Below, in pieces: positions 60,300-64,000 of a stretch of 64,000 nt of DNA. The position numbers and the translations under genes were made by a program. Numbering within the stretch: position 1 is the first letter of the stretch; each line of letters opens with the position of its first letter. This stretch comes from Psammoneis japonica. Taxonomy: Eukaryota. Below the pieces are notes generated by a model, which was not told where the DNA came from, searched no databases, and worked only from the letters and a program-made list of their open reading frames with translations. Location of the stretch: the NCBI GenBank assembly GCA_008632985.1, contig QPGO01000142.1, positions 1 through 64,000 on the forward strand, in the 5' to 3' direction.

Positions 60300-63200
60300 C
60301 AACAATGCACTGAGCAAAGTGTTGAGATGCCCCGCCCCCCTTTCTGCCAGAGAGGCAGTTCTCGCAGGCTTGAGCTCCTGCAACATGACAATGTCTTCCC
60401 AATGATGACAAATGGCCTGAGGATGCAAATGCAGAGTCGGCTTGGTTGGGGCCATGTTCAGTGTCCAATGATCCAAGCATCTTGTCCAAGAAAGCAAAGC
60501 AAAAGATGATGCCCCTCAACAAACAGCAAATGCATGGCATGGTTCACAGCAGCAGGCGGTGACAAAATGGTGGGTGAATGTGCAGTGCCAGCCAATCCAA
60601 TTGTGAGCTGGTGCTGCTTTGCACAGCAGGTGGCAGTGTGTGGCAGTTGCTGCATTGTGTCTCTCAGTGGAGGTGGAAAGTCATGCCAGATTTTTGGTCA
60701 ATGATGGGATTGCCATGCTGAAAGTCACTGTGGGATTTTGCAATGACTTTTTCACATGGTGGCATTTGGCAGTCCAGTTGACTGACTGCCAAGCAACAGC
60801 TGTCTGAAGTTGTTTTTCAAGGCTTCTTTGATTGTGGCATTGATTTTTTTCCTTGTTTGAACTCTCATGGTGGCATGTGGATGAACTTTTCATTTGCTTG
60901 CTTGCTGTGTGATGACACACTGGAGCCCACTTCCTGGAGTCATGAGTCATCATGCTCAACATCATGAACACTAGGGACTCCAGCCCTGTCACCTGTGTGT
61001 GCCACCTGATTTGTCTGCCGTGGCTTTTCTAAAATCAAGGTGTTGTTGAAACTGCAGTTGAAAGCTGTCAGATCTGAATGCTCAAAGTCACAGATCTCCC
61101 TCCAGTGGTGTGCTGAGCCTCCTGTCATTCACTTGGTGACCCCCGCTTCAGTTTTTGTTTTGGCTCCTGCCTGATGATGACAACCTTTTGGCCCTGATGC
61201 ATGGTTTTGGCCCTGACCTTGTTGTTCTCTTTTTCAATTGCTTGAGCAAGAAGTGTCAGTTGACAAAAAGAGCACATGAAAGATTTGAGCAAGAACAAAG
61301 GAGTTGAGAAATGACATGTCATGAGAAAGGCTGGCAGACTTGGTGATCAAGACTGCTCCATCGACAAAGGTCATCAGCTGGGTGTGTGTTTGTTTTGACA
61401 ATGGAGAAAGCAATTGCTGATTTGAAAAAAGCCCATGGCCAAAATCCATGATGTTGAGCTGGGTTTTCAAGGGTTGACAGGCTCTCGCAGGCTGGTGGCG
61501 GTTAAGAATCACATCATTTCTTGCACTTCCCAGAGGACTCTCAGAATGAGTTCCACCTGCTTGGCCCCTGTGTGGTTGAGCTTCTGTCAGAAAAATGGGA
61601 TTTGTTGCAGTTGAGATGTTCTGCAGATCATCTTGGGTTCAAAGAAAGCTGCCCATTTGTGGGCACATTTTCCAGTGGGACTTGTTCACACAAGTGAGCC
61701 AGGATGGCAAACTCACTCTCTTTCATCTGACAAACAAGTCAATGTGGACACAACATGGGTTGCAGATCAAAATGTCAGCTTGAAGAGTTTCATCACCGGG
61801 AAAGGCTCCGCACATCTTGAACAATGGCCCATCTTCAGAAGTGGAGTCATCCTCAGTGCAATGGTTTGTCCACCCAATCAAACCAGCCAACAGGGGGGAG
61901 GGAACTTGTGGCATGGGAATGCATCTGAGGCAGAAAAGCACTCTAGAAGCATGCAGAAGCTTTGCCTTTTCTTTCAAGAAATTGGAAATCAGTCTCAGAA
62001 TGATCCGCTTGTCTTTGACAAGGTCCGTTTTGTTTTTGTCATTCCGAAGAACAACACAGGCAGTTTTTGACTCCCAAGTGATTCTGATGATTTGGTTGCT
62101 CGCAACCAACTGAGGGGATGACATTTTCCTGGGTTTGAGGTCTTGGGAGGCAAGTGGACTGTGGAAGAACACTGGTTTGCCTGAGACTGTTGGATGCAGC
62201 AATTTTTGTTTCATGGCCAACCAGAGCCATGCAGTGGGCCCACTCATCTGCGTGTGTGATGGTTGCTGGCAGGCTCCCTTTGTTCAGCCAAATCATTTTG
62301 CAAGCTCATCCATGTCAAAAAATCCAAGTCCATTTTGCAGTCCAGCTCAACAGTGGCATGGCCAGGGATGACCTTGCAGCCCATGGCGCCAAGGATGTCC
62401 ACGATCTCTTCGACATCTTTCCTTCGTGCTTTTGCCATGGTGACGCCATGATTCTTTGCTGGTTTGGGTTTTCCATGAGGAGACAATCTTTGTAAACTTG
62501 TTGGAAGAGTGACACAATGAGTGTGCTGTGCACCCTTTTGATCCAGTGAATGACTGGAAGAAGCAGGAGACAGGTCAGGAGAAGCTTGTCCCAAATGAGA
62601 TGACCAGGTGCCTGTTGCTTTTTCCAACAGTGGGAGTGTTGTGGGTGACATTGAACCACAACCTGCAAGATTTTGCCACACACCTCTCCACTCAAGAGAA
62701 CCATGAGTTTACATTGCCAACTCATCAAGACTCTTTTTTTGATGAGGACTCCTGCTTGCAAAAGTTTTCCGAAAATGGTGATGATCACTGTCGCGGACAG
62801 AGTGGTTGCAAGTGACATGTTTAAGACTGAAGCAGAGCCAGCCCTGTGGCAAAAGGTTCATGGACAGATGTGCAATCATTGCACAAATGTTTTTCAACAA
62901 TGACTCTCACACTCTGCAACATTGCCCATTTTTGGGCCCAACAACGAAAAATGAATGTCGCATGATGCGAACGTCTCACAAGTGCGAAAATGACATTGCA
63001 GAAAGCATGCCAAAGGAGAAGCCCCTCTGGCTGATCAGACTGATTGGATTCTTGTGGGCAACAACAGCACAGCAACAGCCCCATGACCGATGGGACAAAA
63101 TTTTAATGCGCACATTTTTCACACACACACCATCACACCACGCACCCTGTCTCTGACTGGCTCTGAGAATGCAGCCACACTCTTGTGTGATGCACCCATG
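60300..63200 (-). mobile_element. Possible heavily decayed LINE-like RT remnant
   Basis: Weak motifs only (LPLLEKATG, TFVDG, GPTAW). Confidence 0.25.
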
Positions 63201-64000
63201 TCTGTGTGGCCTTGATTGCTTGCAGTTGTTCTCATCAATTGCTTGAGAGATGGCAGTGACAGCCTCTGTGGGGAGAGATCCAGTCTTCCTTGTGCATCTC
63301 AACCCATTCGTCAAAGTCCCAGAGGCTCACACAAGCCCTCTTCTTCGTTGAGATTTTGTGGTGTGTGCGCACTGCTGCACACGACGGAGCTTGGATGGTC
63401 TTAATGAAATGACAGAAAAAGCTCCACAGCTGCATCGAGTTGTCGTGTTGGGTTTGGAAGTGAAGGCGACTTGCCTCCTGGTCCTGCCGTTTGGTCTCCT
63501 CGAACGCAGTCACCAAATCATGGATTCCCTCTCTCTCCTCTTGCTGTGCAGCTGGAAAAAACCACAAGATTTCATGGAAAATCAGCTGCACTGGCAAGCA
63601 AACACAACCGAGACAACCAAAAGCTGGAAAAACAGAACGATTGCAGTGCAGCAATCAACAGTTTCTCTACAATGTGTGATTTGTGACAGAGTTCAAAAAA
63701 GAGAAGATGCAGAGAGGCGCTTTTGCGGTGTGTTGTGAAAGATCTGGTGCTTGTTTTTCGTGGGTTTCTACGCAGTGGTTGGAGGGTCACCCGGAAATTG
63801 GAACGCAGTTTTGCTTCTTCGGCAAGTCTTCGGTAATTTTACAAGACCGGCACATCTCCTGAGATGAGCTATCTCTCCTTTTCTATCAGCTCTTCCTGCT
63901 ATGTGAATTTGAAATGGCCACTGGGTTCCTTCCTTGCTGCAAAAGTGTCTGCTTGTTGGAATGTCACAGCGACGAATGTGTGCGATGTTTTGTGTGAATC

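Larger units (their letters stand above)
57730..63830. mobile_element. Hypermutated repeat block E
   Basis: TpA nearly absent; CpG partly retained in 58.3-60.3 kb and mostly lost in 60.3-63.2 kb. Confidence 0.75.

Overview
Eukaryotic genomic DNA, most likely a diatom (GT-AG introns, an AdoMetDC/aminopropyltransferase/SET fusion and a Copia element of the type seen in diatoms). Islands of ordinary genes (NDH-2, MCM5, amidinotransferase, PabA/PabB, a mu-homology protein, MAT1, the polyamine synthase fusion, a Cys-rich repeat protein, LTV1, an ankyrin protein, DRS1/DDX27, a DUF1336 protein) alternate with five sharply bounded repeat/TE blocks that contain almost no TpA and are depleted of CpG. 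Four internal controls show these blocks were hypermutated by TpA->TpG/CpA transitions (A:T->G:C) in addition to CpG->TpG/CpA decay: a duplicated LTV1/ankyrin segment, the two LTRs of a Copia, a long palindrome, and conserved RT/RNase H/kinase motifs. This looks like a RIP-like genome-defence process whose TpA component runs opposite to fungal RIP and hits only the TE-embedded copy. A bacterial ddl-ftsQ operon fragment (ddl intact, ftsQ decayed) lies between two such blocks, next to scrambled fragments of the neighbouring amidinotransferase gene. Several normal genes carry 1-nt frameshifts that are probably assembly errors. All alignments and counts were made by eye.
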